A stretch of 64,000 nucleotides of DNA from Antedon mediterranea. Lineage: Eukaryota > Animalia > Echinodermata. A program made the position numbers and the translations under genes. Of the stretch, positions 1 to 13,200 are shown one piece after another (position 1 is the stretch's first letter; every line of letters starts with the position of its first letter). The stretch lies in assembly GCF_964355755.1 (NCBI RefSeq), contig NC_092672.1:33920437-33984436 (forward strand), written 5' to 3'. The notes beneath the pieces were generated by a model. That model was not told the DNA's origin, ran no database searches, and saw nothing but the letters and a program-made list of their open reading frames with translations.

Positions 1-435
1 GTGTCATGGGAGTGACATGGTCACCGTTTATTTGAGGGGAATTTATTTAAAGATCGCCGTTTATTCGGTGAGTGAACATTGAGGTCAAATATCAAAAGTG
101 ATATTATTCTTCAAGTGTACAAAAATACAAATGACAAATTTGAGACAAAAATTAATTCTTTTAAGACCAGTGGTTATCGAAGCATTGTCCTGACGCAAAA
201 ATTATTATTATTATTAGCGAACCCAGTCTTTACAGTAAATACAGGGAGTACTATTATAATACGTTCGACTATCCTATGATCATGTGTGACAATCTTCAGT
301 TTATACCAGGCTATATTTATGTTCAATCTTTTACTTTTGTTTACAATAATGAATAGTTTTTCGTCAAAGTAACGAATTAAAATATAGTTATTAATTCCTA
401 TTATACGCTGTTGTTGCAGAGTCAGGTTGTTGAAT

Positions 436-1112
436 GGTCTGGGTGGTAGTTGTCCGTTCGGGGGGTAGTTGTTCTAAAGGGATAGTTTTCTGGGTGGTAG
501 TTGTCCAGGGGTTAGTTGTCCTACGGAGGTAGTTGTCCTAAAAGATTATTTGCCCTCGGAGTATTGTCCAGGTCCAGGAGGTAGTTGTCCTACGGGGAGT
601 ATTGTGTCAGAGGCAGTTGTCCGCAGGATAATTACCCGGGGGGGGGGGAATTCTCCGGGGGTAATTGTCAGGGGTTAATTGTTCCTAGGGGGTAATTGTC
701 CGGGGGTAGTTGTCCAGGGGTTAGTTGTCCTACGGAGGTAGTTGTCCTAAAAGATTATTTGCCCTCGGAGTATTGTCCAGGAAGTAGTTGTCCTACGGGG
801 AGTATTGTGTCAGAGGTAGTTGTCGGGGTAATTACCCGGGGGGGGGGTAATTGTCCGGGGGGGTAATTGTCCGGGGGGTAATTGTCCGGGGGGTAATTGT
901 TCCTAGGGGGTAATTGTCCGGGGGGTAGTTGTCCAGGGGGTAGTTGTCCTAAGGGGGTAGTTGTCCTAAGGGGGTAGTTGTCCGGGGGGTATTTGTCCGG
1001 GGGGTAGTTGTCCTAAAGGGGTAGTTGTCCTAAGGTGGTAGTGGTCCAGGTGGTGGTTGTCCGGGGGGTAGTTTTCCGGGAGGTAAATGTCCAGGGGGTG
1101 AATATCCGGATA
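436..1112. repeat. G-rich tandem array of GGGGGTA(G/A)TTGTCC-like units ending in GGGGTGAATATCCGGATAC; probably one arm of a non-autonomous DNA element
   Basis: Dozens of 'gtagttgtcc/gtaattgtcc' units, with an internal duplication (about 495-650 vs 705-850). Confidence 0.8.
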
Positions 1113-1115
1113 CGC

Positions 1116-1461
1116 CTAACTGCATGATGTTTGGTGTGTACTGCATGACGATTGGTGTGTACTGCATGACCATTGGTGGTGTGTACTGCATGACGATTGG
1201 TGTGTACTGCATGACGATTGGTGTGTACTGCATGATAAATGTGAACTGAAGGCAGAGAAGGCGTTCCATACTTAATTGGTACACCATGGTACACACCATG
1301 ATGTTTGGTGTGTACTGCATGACGATTGGTGTGTACTGCATGACCATTGGTGTGTACTGCATGACCATTTGTGTGTACTGCATGACGATCGGTGTGTACT
1401 GCATGACGATTGGTGTGTACTGCATGATAAATGTGAACTGAAGGCAGAGAAGGCGTTCCAT
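1116..1461. repeat. 21-bp minisatellite (GTGTACTGCATGACGATTGGT) in two duplicated blocks
   Basis: Units are read directly. Both blocks end in 'ataaatgtgaactgaaggcagagaaggcgttccata'. Confidence 0.9.
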
Positions 1462-1608
1462 AGTTATGCACCAAACAGAAAATGGTGAATTTAGACTCTA
1501 GCTATCATCTTGTGTATTTAATTTACAGTTGATTATGCAGACTATTCTTATTTCGGCCATGTATAATTTGAGCAGTGTTAAACTGACACTTTAGCTTGAA
1601 TCTTTCAG

Positions 1609-2051
1609 AATTTATCCATGACTATGAGTTTAAATCAAACATTGTTGGTATATCATCAGCAAGCAATGCGGCGTTTACATACAAGAACAAACATTATCTC
1701 GTGATTGGAGGATAGTAAGTATTTTGAACTTTGAATACAGGGATAAATTGACAACCAAAACAAAGACGAAAGTCATGCTTTATTAAACTATAACTTGTAT
1801 ACTGTGTAACTTACCTATATTGTCCTTTTTTTATATTTCAGTGACAGTGCTTGTGGAACTCCAATATACAGATACAACAATACTAATAAACTGTATGAAC
1901 ATTACCAAGATTTGACTGGAACAAGTGATGTACAAAAAGTTGAGAATTTAAAAATAAATGAACAACTCTATATTTTGTTTGTTGCAAACAGCAGAATAGT
2001 TTACGTCTACACATTTAACTCACAAACAGGTAAGGGTCTGGTATTGATTGA

Positions 2052-2096
<45 letters not shown>

Positions 2097-2710
2097 ATTG
2101 ATTGATGTTGATTAATTGATTGTCCTGTCTGTCTCGATTTCTTGATATTTACTTGCTGTATGATGTTTTCTCTTGATCAATTGATATTGATTGATTTATA
2201 TTGATTGATTGGTATTGAGTGATATTGATTGATTTATATTAATTGATGTTGATTAATTTGATTGTCCTGTCCGTCTCGATTTCTTGATTTTTACTTGCTG
2301 TATGATGTTTTGCTCTCCCATCCACTTTCTCGTTGTTCTGTTCTCAAATATCCATCTTCACACACTCCTTTAATTTCTGTTCTATAAAAATAGTTTTATT
2401 TGTTTTAGGTTTTTTCGAACAACATCAAGCGATGGCAACACAAGGTGCATGTGATGTATCGTATTTAGAATTGACTACAAATCATTATTTACTTGTGACT
2501 AACGGAACATCATACGAAGTGAACTCAACGGTGTATAAATGGAATTTTACCAGTAACCTATTCGTGGAGTATGCTCAGCTACCAAGTCATGGGTCTCTGA
2601 GTGGTAAACTATTCTCAGTCGATGGTATAATGTACGCGGCAATAGCATCTTTAAATGTAACAGCAGCAGCAGCTCCAGAGGTTTGGAAAATAAAAGAAAA
2701 CTGTAAGTGA
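1609..2710 (+). CDS. 3' exons of an EAR/EPTP-repeat (TSPEAR/LGI-like beta-propeller) protein; exons 1609-1714, 1842-2029, 2409-2710; 5' part not resolved
   Basis: In-phase AG/GT exons encode repeats such as 'FTYKNKHYLVIG...IYRYN...YEHYQ' and 'HYLLVTNG...STVYKWN...FVEYAQLPSHG'. Stop is TGA 2708-2710. Confidence 0.7.
2040..2310. repeat. (GATT)n microsatellite within a duplicated intronic segment of about 150 bp
   Basis: Direct reading. Confidence 0.85.
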
Positions 2711-3416
2711 TATGAAGTTAATGATTTGATTTCTTTTCAGTTACAAATTCAAAATAACTGTTATTGTCCAATTACATACACAATACATACAATTGGAAAT
2801 GTGTCGTTTGATACACTACATACATAACAATTATAAAATTATATAGAGTTATACTGTACATCCTTCACACAAAATTTGTTACAACAAAAAAATAAAAAGA
2901 GCACACGTAACTTAAACTAAAACTTAATATATACATTACATTACATTATAATATAATGTACCTCATTTACGGTAACCAAATATCTAGCTTGTCTCTAATT
3001 TGTGGATGTTGTATGTATAGGGGAAGGTGGGGGTAGTGGTGTAGTGGGGCATACAGATTGGCGGCGTATGGTATAAACACGCGAGACAATTGATATCTCC
3101 CCACGGGAGTTAGGTAGGTAAGGTATAGGTACGTCATATATCAGAGAATAATGGCAATTTATCGATTTAGATACGGGATATAAGTTGGGTTTTTTTTTCA
3201 CGCCGCGGCTTTAGCCAGCTATATTTCCAGAAGGCATAATCATTCAGAAGCTTTATCAACGCGGAAGCTATATCTACGGCTTACAGTTTTGGAATTTTGT
3301 AAACTCGACTAATTTATAGGTCCATTCTGCTTGACCCAAAATACGTCTGGGAAAAGAGAGTCTACGAGGGCTCACGGTTGAACGATTTTGGATTCTCGCC
3401 CTTTGATAGGTTAGAA

Positions 3417-3443
3417 CATGGAGAAATAAGTTATTTCTCCATG
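3417..3443. mobile_element. 27-bp P-element-like palindromic remnant with 7-bp TSD
   Basis: GTTAGAA-CATGGAGAAATAA G TTATTTCTCCATG-GTTAGAA. Confidence 0.7.
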
Positions 3444-4135
3444 GTTAGAATCAACACACTGCGAAAGATTTTTTTCACGTTGTTTCTGAGGACTGTCCAA
3501 CACACGGGAAAATATTAACATTCTTTGATAAGGTTACATAAACTCTCTTTTTTATTTAATAAACACATAATATCATATTTAATTGAATTTTACAATGTTG
3601 ATATACAAAATATATTACTAAAACCCATAATTGTATGTAATTATTTTATCGAAAAATGGCGTAGTTCATACAATTGCCTACTGAGGGCGCAATTGGTATA
3701 CTTCGTTCGTGGCTAAAAACGATTATTTTCGGTGATGTTTTGGACCCTATATTTTCGACAACTACAAGTCATTTTTGCCAAATTCTTTCTTTATTATAAT
3801 ATTGATACAAATATTACCAGGCAATGTATGATTTGTTTGAAAAAAAATAACTTTTAATGTTGCATCGTTATATTATAATATATGTGGGTCGGGTCACTAG
3901 GGAATGCTCCTACTCTGGAATATACTACATATACTGTAGTTTAGTTTATAATTATATTTTTGTTCTGTACAGTAGGCCAGACTATATCTACACAAAATGT
4001 TTACTACTGATTTATAAAAATAATTGATATAATAAATCATTATTTCTGAAGAAAGAATAATAATTAAAACTGTTACGCCAAAAAGGCGAGCGGCGTTTTT
4101 CTGTAAGAAATATTTCTTGTTTATAGTTAACACAG

Positions 4136-7100
4136 ATTTCCATAATGGTTTTGATGAATGGACTCAAGAAAATCTTAATACATTGTCAGGGGGTAAGTAC
4201 GCAAAAGTTGAAAAAATGTTTACAAAATTGGCATTTTTAAAAACTAATTCTATGTTTGATACAATAAAGATATTAAATTAAGTTTCAGTAAAATAATAAA
4301 AGCCACAGAACATACATTCTAATGTTGTTTATTTCCATGTTTTATAGAGGATTATTTCTGTACTCTGGATTTTTGTAATTTCATTATTGTCTGAAAGCGG
4401 ACGACCAAATTATTAAACTTCGGTTCATTAGTGTACGAAAAAAAGTTTTTTTTCTTTTAGTTAAAATAGATTTTCAGCTAGGTTTTGATGACTGGACTCA
4501 AAAATATTATGATGAGTTTGATTGGACACGGCGTCATGGTTCTACGACATCAACAAGTACTGGGCCATCAAACGGTCATTCGGGGTATATATGTAAGTTT
4601 GTAGTTGGGATTGGGGTTATTAATAATTCTATTTTTGGTAAACTGCTGGACTAAATTTCCGCATATATCAAAATGCCATACAATATCAAATTATTCATTC
4701 ATTCATTTTCTTTATTTCGGATAGTAAATCCATATACAAATCATACAAAAAAAGACAAAAGAGAAAACATTTTACCAATATAAGCAATTTCCACATTATT
4801 GATAATTTTATAAAACCGTTGGAATTTTAAACTAAATTTTGGATCATTTAAAAAGGACATTCAATATCAAATCAAGTGTTGTTTTTTTGTTTATTTCTAC
4901 ATATAGCTGATTATTATGTTTATATTGAAACATCAAATCCAATAACTGAAGGGATGTCAGCTCGCCTTAGAAGTCCATTGCTATCAAACAGCCAAAGTAC
5001 TGTATCTTTATCATTCTACTATCACATGTACGGAGCTACTATTGGAACACTCAACGTTTACAGAACGTCGAACTTGGGAGACGAACTGTTATGGACAAGA
5101 AGTGGTAACCAAGAAAATGTATGGCGTTATTCTGGTGCAATACAATTTACATACAATGGTTATGGAAACAACTACATTGTGTTTGAAGCAATTAGGGGAA
5201 GTTACTTTACTGGTGACATTGCAATTGATGACATTCAATATAATGGTGGTATGTAACTTTAAATGTTGTGATGAATTTTTTGTTTAAGATTATGGAATTG
5301 CAGTACATGTTATACTAAGGAACATATTACAAAATCAAAATAATAATATAAAAAAAATAATAATCCGGATCTGTTCTTTTGTAACTGATTTCCCCTGATA
5401 CAGGTCCTCGGTCGTCGAATAAAATGTTATTTAACCAGCCTTTCAACTAATAATAGTTTCAGTTGACTAACAATAGAACAGCAACGCCAAAAACAATGGT
5501 AATTTGTATTTGCACATAAAATAAAAGCATTGTATAGCGACTCTAAAAGTAATAGTATTTCATATTGCAGAATGAAACCAGAAAACTAGATCTTGAGAAA
5601 ATTTAGATATCTAAACACTCTAATTTTCCTTTCTAACCCTCTTCCTCTAATGTAGGACCAGTAGTCGGAATCGGAAAACCAATTTCTGATAAAGGATCAG
5701 ATTTCACATTTTTTACGAACAAAGTATTGTTATTGTTTTAGCTCTAACAAATTTTGAGACTGGTTTTAATGGTTGGACTCAAAGATATCATTGGACACGA
5801 AAATATGGTTCTACGCCAGCAGTAAACACTGGACCAGCAAACGGCCATTCAGGGAATACAAGTACGTTTAATTATATAGGTTTATATAATGTGGGTATAT
5901 TATTTATATATACAGTTGAATATTAGACTGCTGCAAAATCAAAAAGCCATAGATAATAATAAATAATAATTTGTTTGCATATAGATGATTATTATGCTTA
6001 CATTCAAATAACATCTGTAAGTTATGATAGGCCAGCCCGCCTAAGTAGTCCATTGCTACCACCAGGCCAACGTGTATCGTTATCATTCTTTTACCACATG
6101 TACGGAGCTACTATTGGAACACTCAACGTTTACAGAACGTCAAATTTGGGGGACGATCTGTTATGGACAAGAAGTGGTAACCAAGGAGATTCATGGCGTA
6201 ATGCTGTAGTACAATTTGAGAAAACTGGTGATGGAGACAACTACATTGCGTTTGAAGCAAGTAAAGAAAGTGACGGCACTGGTGACATTGCCATTGTTGA
6301 CATTGCAATTGATGACATTCAATATTGCTGCAGTAGTATGTATACTTTAAAATGTTGTTAGTTAGGATTAATTATACAGTACTGTTAGGCCTAGCTATCC
6401 TGCATACTACACCGTAATCATCACTCTAGTTTATGCTTTTATCACCTTTTTTTATCGATCACTAGACGAATCGGACGCTTTTTGGCCAACTGGAATCGAG
6501 ACATTCACAAATGATGGTGATACTTACTTAGTAGCTGTGAATCCATTGGAATGTGCACATACCATAACAGTGTATAGATGGGACAAGTCTTCTGAAGAAT
6601 TTCAAATTCATCAACGTATTCCTGTGGAACATTGTCCCACGAAATCTACCATTTTCAAGGTAAGTAGGCCTACCACCCCTGTGAATCAGCCTCCTCTTTT
6701 TCACACTAATACAAAATTACAGGGTAATAAAAATTAGATTGAAATACTGAAAAAATGACCAAAATAAGTCAATGTTTTTTCTGTTGAAATGTCTGACGTA
6801 AAAAGGTTTAAAACGTGTGGTCTCAAATTGGTGATCTTTGTGACTTTTTGCATTTTTTTTCTAAATCTGTAGTATGTATTATATTATGTACTATGTATAA
6901 TGAAGATGTTCTCTATATTTACAGGTTGGCGGAGAAGTGTTTATGATAATAACCACAAGCAGAACGGAATCACGTGATGCTTATGACGATCTTGAACTCT
7001 ATACTACGTCATCACCAATTTTTAAATTAGAAGGGAGTATGTTCGTAAATTACGGAGCCATACCATCACACGAATGTTATGATATAACATTTTTTGAGCG

Positions 7101-7191
7101 AGATGGGGAGTACTTTTTGGGTCAGTCGAACCAACGAAATGTTAGTGGTGGCATAACTAATCCAAGCTTCAACATGTACCAATGGGTGTAG
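4136..7191 (+). CDS. MAM-MAM-EAR repeat protein; exons 4136-4192 (short), 4470-4591, 4907-5248, 5742-5861, 5985-6335, 6466-6659, 6925-7191; start exon not found
   Basis: Two MAM domains (GFDDWTQ...FDWTR..GST....TGP..GH; ARLRSP; LSFYYHMYGATIGTLNV; GDIAIDDI) are followed by EAR-like repeats (YLVAVN...VYRWDKSSEEFQIHQRIP; FFERDGEYFLGQSN...MYQWV*). Exon phases are consistent. Confidence 0.8.
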
Positions 7192-7409
7192 TTGTACATC
7201 ATGCAAGTCGTGCATATAGAATGAACTTAAAACGCTCACTGCTATTTTAGAAGACTCTGCTTTGGTATTTGAAATTTTACCCATTTAATAATTTAGGCAT
7301 ATTATTGGAAACAAATTCAACATTACCCAACTTTTCGACTTTACCTAATGAATAATTCATTATTGGTGACTTTACAGCTTGACCTAATAATACCTTCAAA
7401 TTATTACCC

Positions 7410-7600
7410 CAATTACTTTTGGGATCATACTCCCAATGTTGCAGCCAGTAATCAGCGCAGTTTGTTTTGACCTATACCAGGTACCCATTTGTACACATGG
7501 GTGAAGAGAGGCAAATTAAAGTATTGTGCCTCAAATTCAAGCAATGCGACGAGCTTTGGATTCGAACCCATGATCAATAGTCCAACGCCACACGCCGTCA
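7410..7600 (-). mobile_element. degenerate tRNA-derived SINE remnant
   Basis: B-box-like 'ggattcgaaccc' (reverse complement GGGTTCGAATCC) next to 'gtacccatttgtacacatgggtgaagagagg', which resembles SINE body sequence. Confidence 0.4.
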
Positions 7601-8039
7601 AGAATTCAATATTTCGAACTTTTCGGCATTCACCTAAAATAATTCGTTTTTTTAACTTTCCGGCATTACCTAAAGAATAAAATTATTCCTTATTTGAATT
7701 CCTCTCAGTATTATCTAATGAAGAATTCACTATTTATGCCTAATTCTGCAGGATACCGTCGGGAACTATGACATTAAAACAACTTATTTTTTAAAGTATC
7801 GCGCGCACGAGCTTACGACGACGATTGGAAAACAAATTGACGTAATGTGTAACATAAAGCAAAATGACCATAGTCGATTCCAACACAATGCTTAAACAAT
7901 ATTGTATTATGTTTCTGAATTGTATGCGTATACGTTATTTCATGTATATATGGATAATAAGTAAGTATAGCAAGTATAAGTATTAGTGCATCATTAATAG
8001 AAAACAGATAATTTATTGTTGATTGTTGATAATTGTCTT

Positions 8040-8218
8040 GCGGCGTAACACAGAGCCCTGAGGCCCCGGGTTTAGGAAGCCTTAGCGGCCTCCAACGATG
8101 TGAGACCTCGAGCGTTTTGAGCCTTTTTCGACATATTTTAATGCCTGCTGTTTTTTCCTCCGGGCACTGCTCAGGGGCCCCTAGGGTCCAGCGGGCGCTC
8201 ATAGCCGTTACGCCACTG
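8040..8218. mobile_element. short GC-rich MITE-like element
   Basis: GC island bounded by the inverted ends 'gcggcgtaac' and 'gttacgccactg'. Confidence 0.5.
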
Positions 8219-9706
8219 GGTCTTGTTATTAGTTCGTGGGCATTTTAGAAGAAAGTTGTAACAGAGTATTATGTATGTGCCACTATTTAGTTTTTGTTTT
8301 CTTCGTTCATATTGCGTTGTTTAGGCTTGTCCAACGCAAGGACGACGTAGTGCAACGCAAATCATTCTTAATTGACAAATCACACTCGATGACTATTCCA
8401 ACTGTGTGCCGCTTGCCATTGGTAAACTCGCTTGGTGCGTTGTCATGCTAGTCGTACGCATTGCGTCCAAAAAGGAAAAACAAAGCTTTATTCAATTTTC
8501 TCGCGACGGTTACTGCATAATTTAAGCCAATTTTCAGATTCGATTTATTAAGTAATTCATACATAGTATAATGATAATTGTTTTCTTGGCAGAAAAACAC
8601 AAGCAAAACAATACATACAATATTTAAATTTATTATCAACATGGAACCTAACAACTGATCAAGCAATATAAAATACAACAGACCTAATGGCCTATCTTTG
8701 GAACTCATTGTTGTGTAGTCTAATAGCGCTAGGTAAGAATGAAAATTTATGTCTATTTGTTTTAACTGGAATTGTTGGTAATCTTCTAGTTGACGTGCAT
8801 TGCCTTAGTTTATTGCGACTGTCTGCCGAATATTATTTACCGTACAGCTATATTTAGGTTGTATGTGTTTACATTACTTTCTTTAATTTCCGTTGCGACG
8901 GTTACCGCATTATTATTTATTTATGCCAATATTTAGTTTTTGTATTTATTAATATGTCTAAATTGGCGTTGGTAACCGTATCTTATTTACTCTTTAGTTC
9001 CGTTCACATCATTTTTTTTTTTTGGCAAGCCTGTGGCTTGTTTATATTAAAAGAATATTAAATATTTTTTTGTAAACGCATAATTAATAGTGGAATATAT
9101 ATTAAACATAGAATATTGATATTACAAAGCACGTCGTCTCCGTTAGTTTTTATTTTGTTAAGAAAAAAGTATAAAAGAGTTGGAAGTGAACGTCTGCCTG
9201 AGTCGACTGTGTGCGTGTGATAAACGGATTGAAGATCGAAAACGTTCTATTTTCAAGCCTACGCCCTATTTAACAAAACGAATGACACATTATCGTTATA
9301 CCGTAAAACCTCGAAATGAAGGGTTCTTCTTAACTTTTTAGCACTCTTTTTAGGTGGACTTCTTATTAAGGCATCTTTTCGAGATTGGCTTTTTTTCGAG
9401 AATTTTTCAAACTAAAGACATTACCTGCCAATTTAAGCCTATTTGTGATTAAAAAAAAAGATTACAATTTTAACCTGTAAAATTAATGTTGGCCTACGAT
9501 AGTTATCTCGATCAATACATTTATTATATCTGGATCACAGTTATTTAAGGCATTATTCACCTCTTTCTACATTCGAATAGTCTATCTCGAAAAAAAGAAG
9601 CCCCGTGGGCCGACTTGATTCAGAAAAGGCTTCTTTTTACAGACACCAAAGATCGAGAGGGGTGGGCTTCTTTCGAAAAGAAGCCCAATGGAATTCCTTT
9701 TGAGGT

Positions 9707-10124
9707 ACCGTAAATCTTCTAATTGCAACCCTGCGTTATTATTCTTTGATTGTTTTTTAGGATGGGTTTGGCCTACTATTAGAAGGAGGTTACGGTACTA
9801 TTAGGCCTACTAATCTTAAATTGGCACCTGAAAATAGTAGGCCTAACCCACCCCCAACTTTTCCGGTCAGCAACTCATAGTAAAATAATAAAACAGTACA
9901 AATAAACAAATTTGGTTGAACTCTAACTTTATTTTATAACTCAAAAACACTCAATCCTCCCTCACTCCCGAGATCAACATGCATTATTTCCTTATTTTCA
10001 AAATACGGCTGCATCATAAGTTTTTGTGACTCTAATAGTAAGAGTAGTTGGTAATTATTATAGATTGACTTATTAGAAGGGGGTTACTATTAGAGTGTAG
10101 GTTGGTATTAGAAGATTTACGGTA
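9707..10124. mobile_element. MITE with TA-flanked TIRs (Tc1/mariner/pogo-like) just upstream of ACAA2
   Basis: TACCGTAAATCTTCTAAT ... ATTAGAAGATTTACGGTA. Confidence 0.75.
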
Positions 10125-10269
10125 TTACAGTTAGGGCCTACTGTATTTCATTTATTATGTTTATTAGAAAAGTAAAAAAGTTGGTGGCGCTTTATCAAAA
10201 ACAATTCAGCTTTACAATTATTGGGTACACACATTCATTTTGTTTTCTGGCAACACATCAAGAACAACA

Positions 10270-13200
10270 ATGGCGCTGTCCAGAGGTACGCTGCCCGGTG
10301 TTTAATCTAGATTATTTTCTTAATTTGTTTGCGTTTTATAATGTACACAACGTTGTTTTTTGTGTCTAGGGCATTATATCAGCCAAGTATATCAGCCAAG
10401 TATATCAGCCTATAGCCTAGGCTACTTAGTTAGTAGGCCTCCTAGCTAGGGCCAGGCTAGTAGTAGTAGCCTAGTAGTAGTCCTAGGCCGTGTCTACTAG
10501 CTAGGCCTAGCTAGAATAGATAGATAGGGAGGGAGGGAGGGAGAGAAGAGTTGACGGCGCTACTGCTCTTTCTAGCGGCATATGACCGGTTGGGCCGGTG
10601 ATTTCTATGAAACGCCCAGTGCGTATTAAGTGCTCATGGGAAAGGAAAAGGAAATTAGTTTATCGTAATTTTTAATTGTTTTTTTTAATCTTTCGAGTTA
10701 AAGTTCAGTGTCTCTCTCTACTACTAGTCTTATTAATTATTAGCCTAATAATAAAAAGACTAGAGAGACACTGAACTTTAACTCGAAAGATTGAAAATTA
10801 ATAATTAGGACTAACTGTCTAGTAACAAGTATACTATATATTATGAAGTTAAATAAACATTATTTTTTATTTACTAATGATTTAATATCATTTTTTATTT
10901 TACAGTCAATGTTAATAAATATACAAAATATTTTACTAAATTATGTAATTATTTTATTTAAAATGTCGTAGTTCATACAATTGGCTGAGGGGATAACTTG
11001 TTTTACATCCTGGCTAAAAACTATCATTTTCTGCAATGTTTTAGACCGTGTATTTCGGAAACTACAATTCACATTTTCATAATTTCTTTAATTGTAATAC
11101 ATTAATAAAACTATATTAAAAACTGTGATATTAACTTTTGAATATACATAACTATAAAGCCTATCCCTAATATAAATGGAACTTATTAGAAGAAACCAGC
11201 ACCACCGGCATCAGAATAGCATTTGGCGTTTCATAGAAAATAATGTTTTTCTCAACTTGGCCTAATCCCTTACTAGCTAGCCTAGTAGTAGCAGCCTAGA
11301 GTGATGACCTAGTTAGGCACCTACTGTGTAACATTAACATCAGCAGACAGGTATGACTGGTGGAGAAGTAGACAATGATTTGATTTGAATTTATTAGGAA
11401 AATCATCAGAAATTACTGACATTACAAATAATACATTTATAATTATAAAAGATTTTCCAGGATAGCTCAAAAAGCTTATTAGCAATGAATGATTCACGCA
11501 CACACGGTTCTGTAATCTGTAAAAAAAAAATGTAAATAGGGCTTAGTCGATGATATCTCGATGATGATATCGGCTATGTTTAAAATCAATCTTTTATTTT
11601 GTTTGTAATAAAATACATTTGCCACCCAAACGTCTTGCAGGTATATTTGTTGTAGCTGCCAAACGAACTCCATTCGGTACTTTTGGAGGAAAGTTAAAAG
11701 GTCACACTGGAACTGACCTCTGTGAGGTCGCAGCAAAGGCAGCTCTTGTTTCTGCTGGCATAAAACCAGAATGGATTGACTCAACAGTTGTAGGCAATGT
11801 TGCGCAAGTACGTACACATACTATATACAGTGTTATAACCCTAAGAACTACTAGGAATTCTTTTTTTAAAAAGCTCTTAAAATCTCTAATGTTATATTTC
11901 CAAATTTTGGTAAAAGCATAAAGCAATGCTAAAGGGTTTGTTTTATTTAATGTCTTTAGGCATACCAATAGGAAATGAATCACTGTCCTATCAGATAGGT
12001 GGTAATCCCTCTGATACAGCGGCTATTTTGTGAACCAGTTCACTGGGGTAACCCCCTACTCTTCTCGAATAATGAACTGGGTTCTAAGTGCACACAGGTT
12101 AAGAAATAAATAAAAAACAAAGGAATACAAATTCCTTGTTTATAAATCTGTGTTAAATTAAAATATAAAGAAGTGGCATAAAAGTATACTACATTCTGAA
12201 CAACATTTTTTATTTTACATAAATTTAATGTTTACAATTTCAATGTAGTTTGAACAAAACAGTACAAAATTTGATATTTTACACATGAATCTTTGAAAAT
12301 GAATAATTTTTACAGACTGCTCCAGATGCAGCCTACGTATCGCGGCATGTTGCACTCAGATGCGGTGTACCAGACTCAAAACCTGCCTATACTGTCAACA
12401 GACTCTGTGGATCTGGATTTCAGTCGGTAGTGAATGGAGCTCAGGTGAGGCATCTAAAAATTCCTGATCAGTATATTTTTTTTTTTTTTTTTTAGTTTTT
12501 ATATATTTAGGCAAATTGCCAAGGATAACCATAAGCGAATTCATTCAATATCCTTCTTAAATGTGGCAATCCTGTTCACAAGACAAACAAATACACAAGA
12601 TGCTCTACATAAACAAAGTCTTATTACATGTCTTTGGGAGTGGCGTTGTAATTTTTCATTACAAAAAATCCTGACATATGAATTGAACCAATATCCTTCT
12701 TAAAGGGCAATCCTGTTCACAAGACAAACATATACACAAGATGCTCTACATAAACAAAGTCTTATTACAAGTCTTTGAGAGTGGAGTTTTAATTTTTCAT
12801 TACAAAACAATCCTGACATATATGACGTGAACCCAGATCCCTTGGATTAGTAGCTAAGCATCATAACCACTAACTCCACAACTCCACTCCAGCCACATCA
12901 TAAACAAGCTCTGTCTACACTATCAAACTAGTTTGGCAAAGTAAGTGTGATGTGCCCAAATATGGTAATTATATGGCCAGATATGGTAGTGATATGATGT
13001 CATCATGTCCATTACATGGGCACATCACGTTTTGTTGTCACATAATTAAATTCATTTATTTGTAATTTTACTTTCTCTGGACCAGAGATTATGAAATATT
13101 TTGAATAAAGTTTGATAGTGTAAACAGAGCTTAAAGCTCAGGTACAGGCATGAATTTTAAATATAATATTTGGTTAATTGTACATAAATCAAATATTTGT

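Noticed and set aside
1-356. Possible upstream exons (donor near 67, acceptor near 166)
   Set aside because: Open frames exist but no domain was recognised, and they could not be joined confidently to the EAR gene.
1116-1461. Possible CRISPR-like array (also 23040-23560, 37478-38425, 46740-49095)
   Set aside because: Head-to-tail repeats without unique spacers, in a eukaryotic context with no cas genes.
1013-1488. His-rich and Met/Gln-rich repetitive ORFs
   Set aside because: They are translations of the 21-bp minisatellite, open in several frames.
3540-3870. Similarity to about 10850-11140
   Set aside because: Diverged dispersed repeat. No termini or TSD could be defined, so it was not classified.
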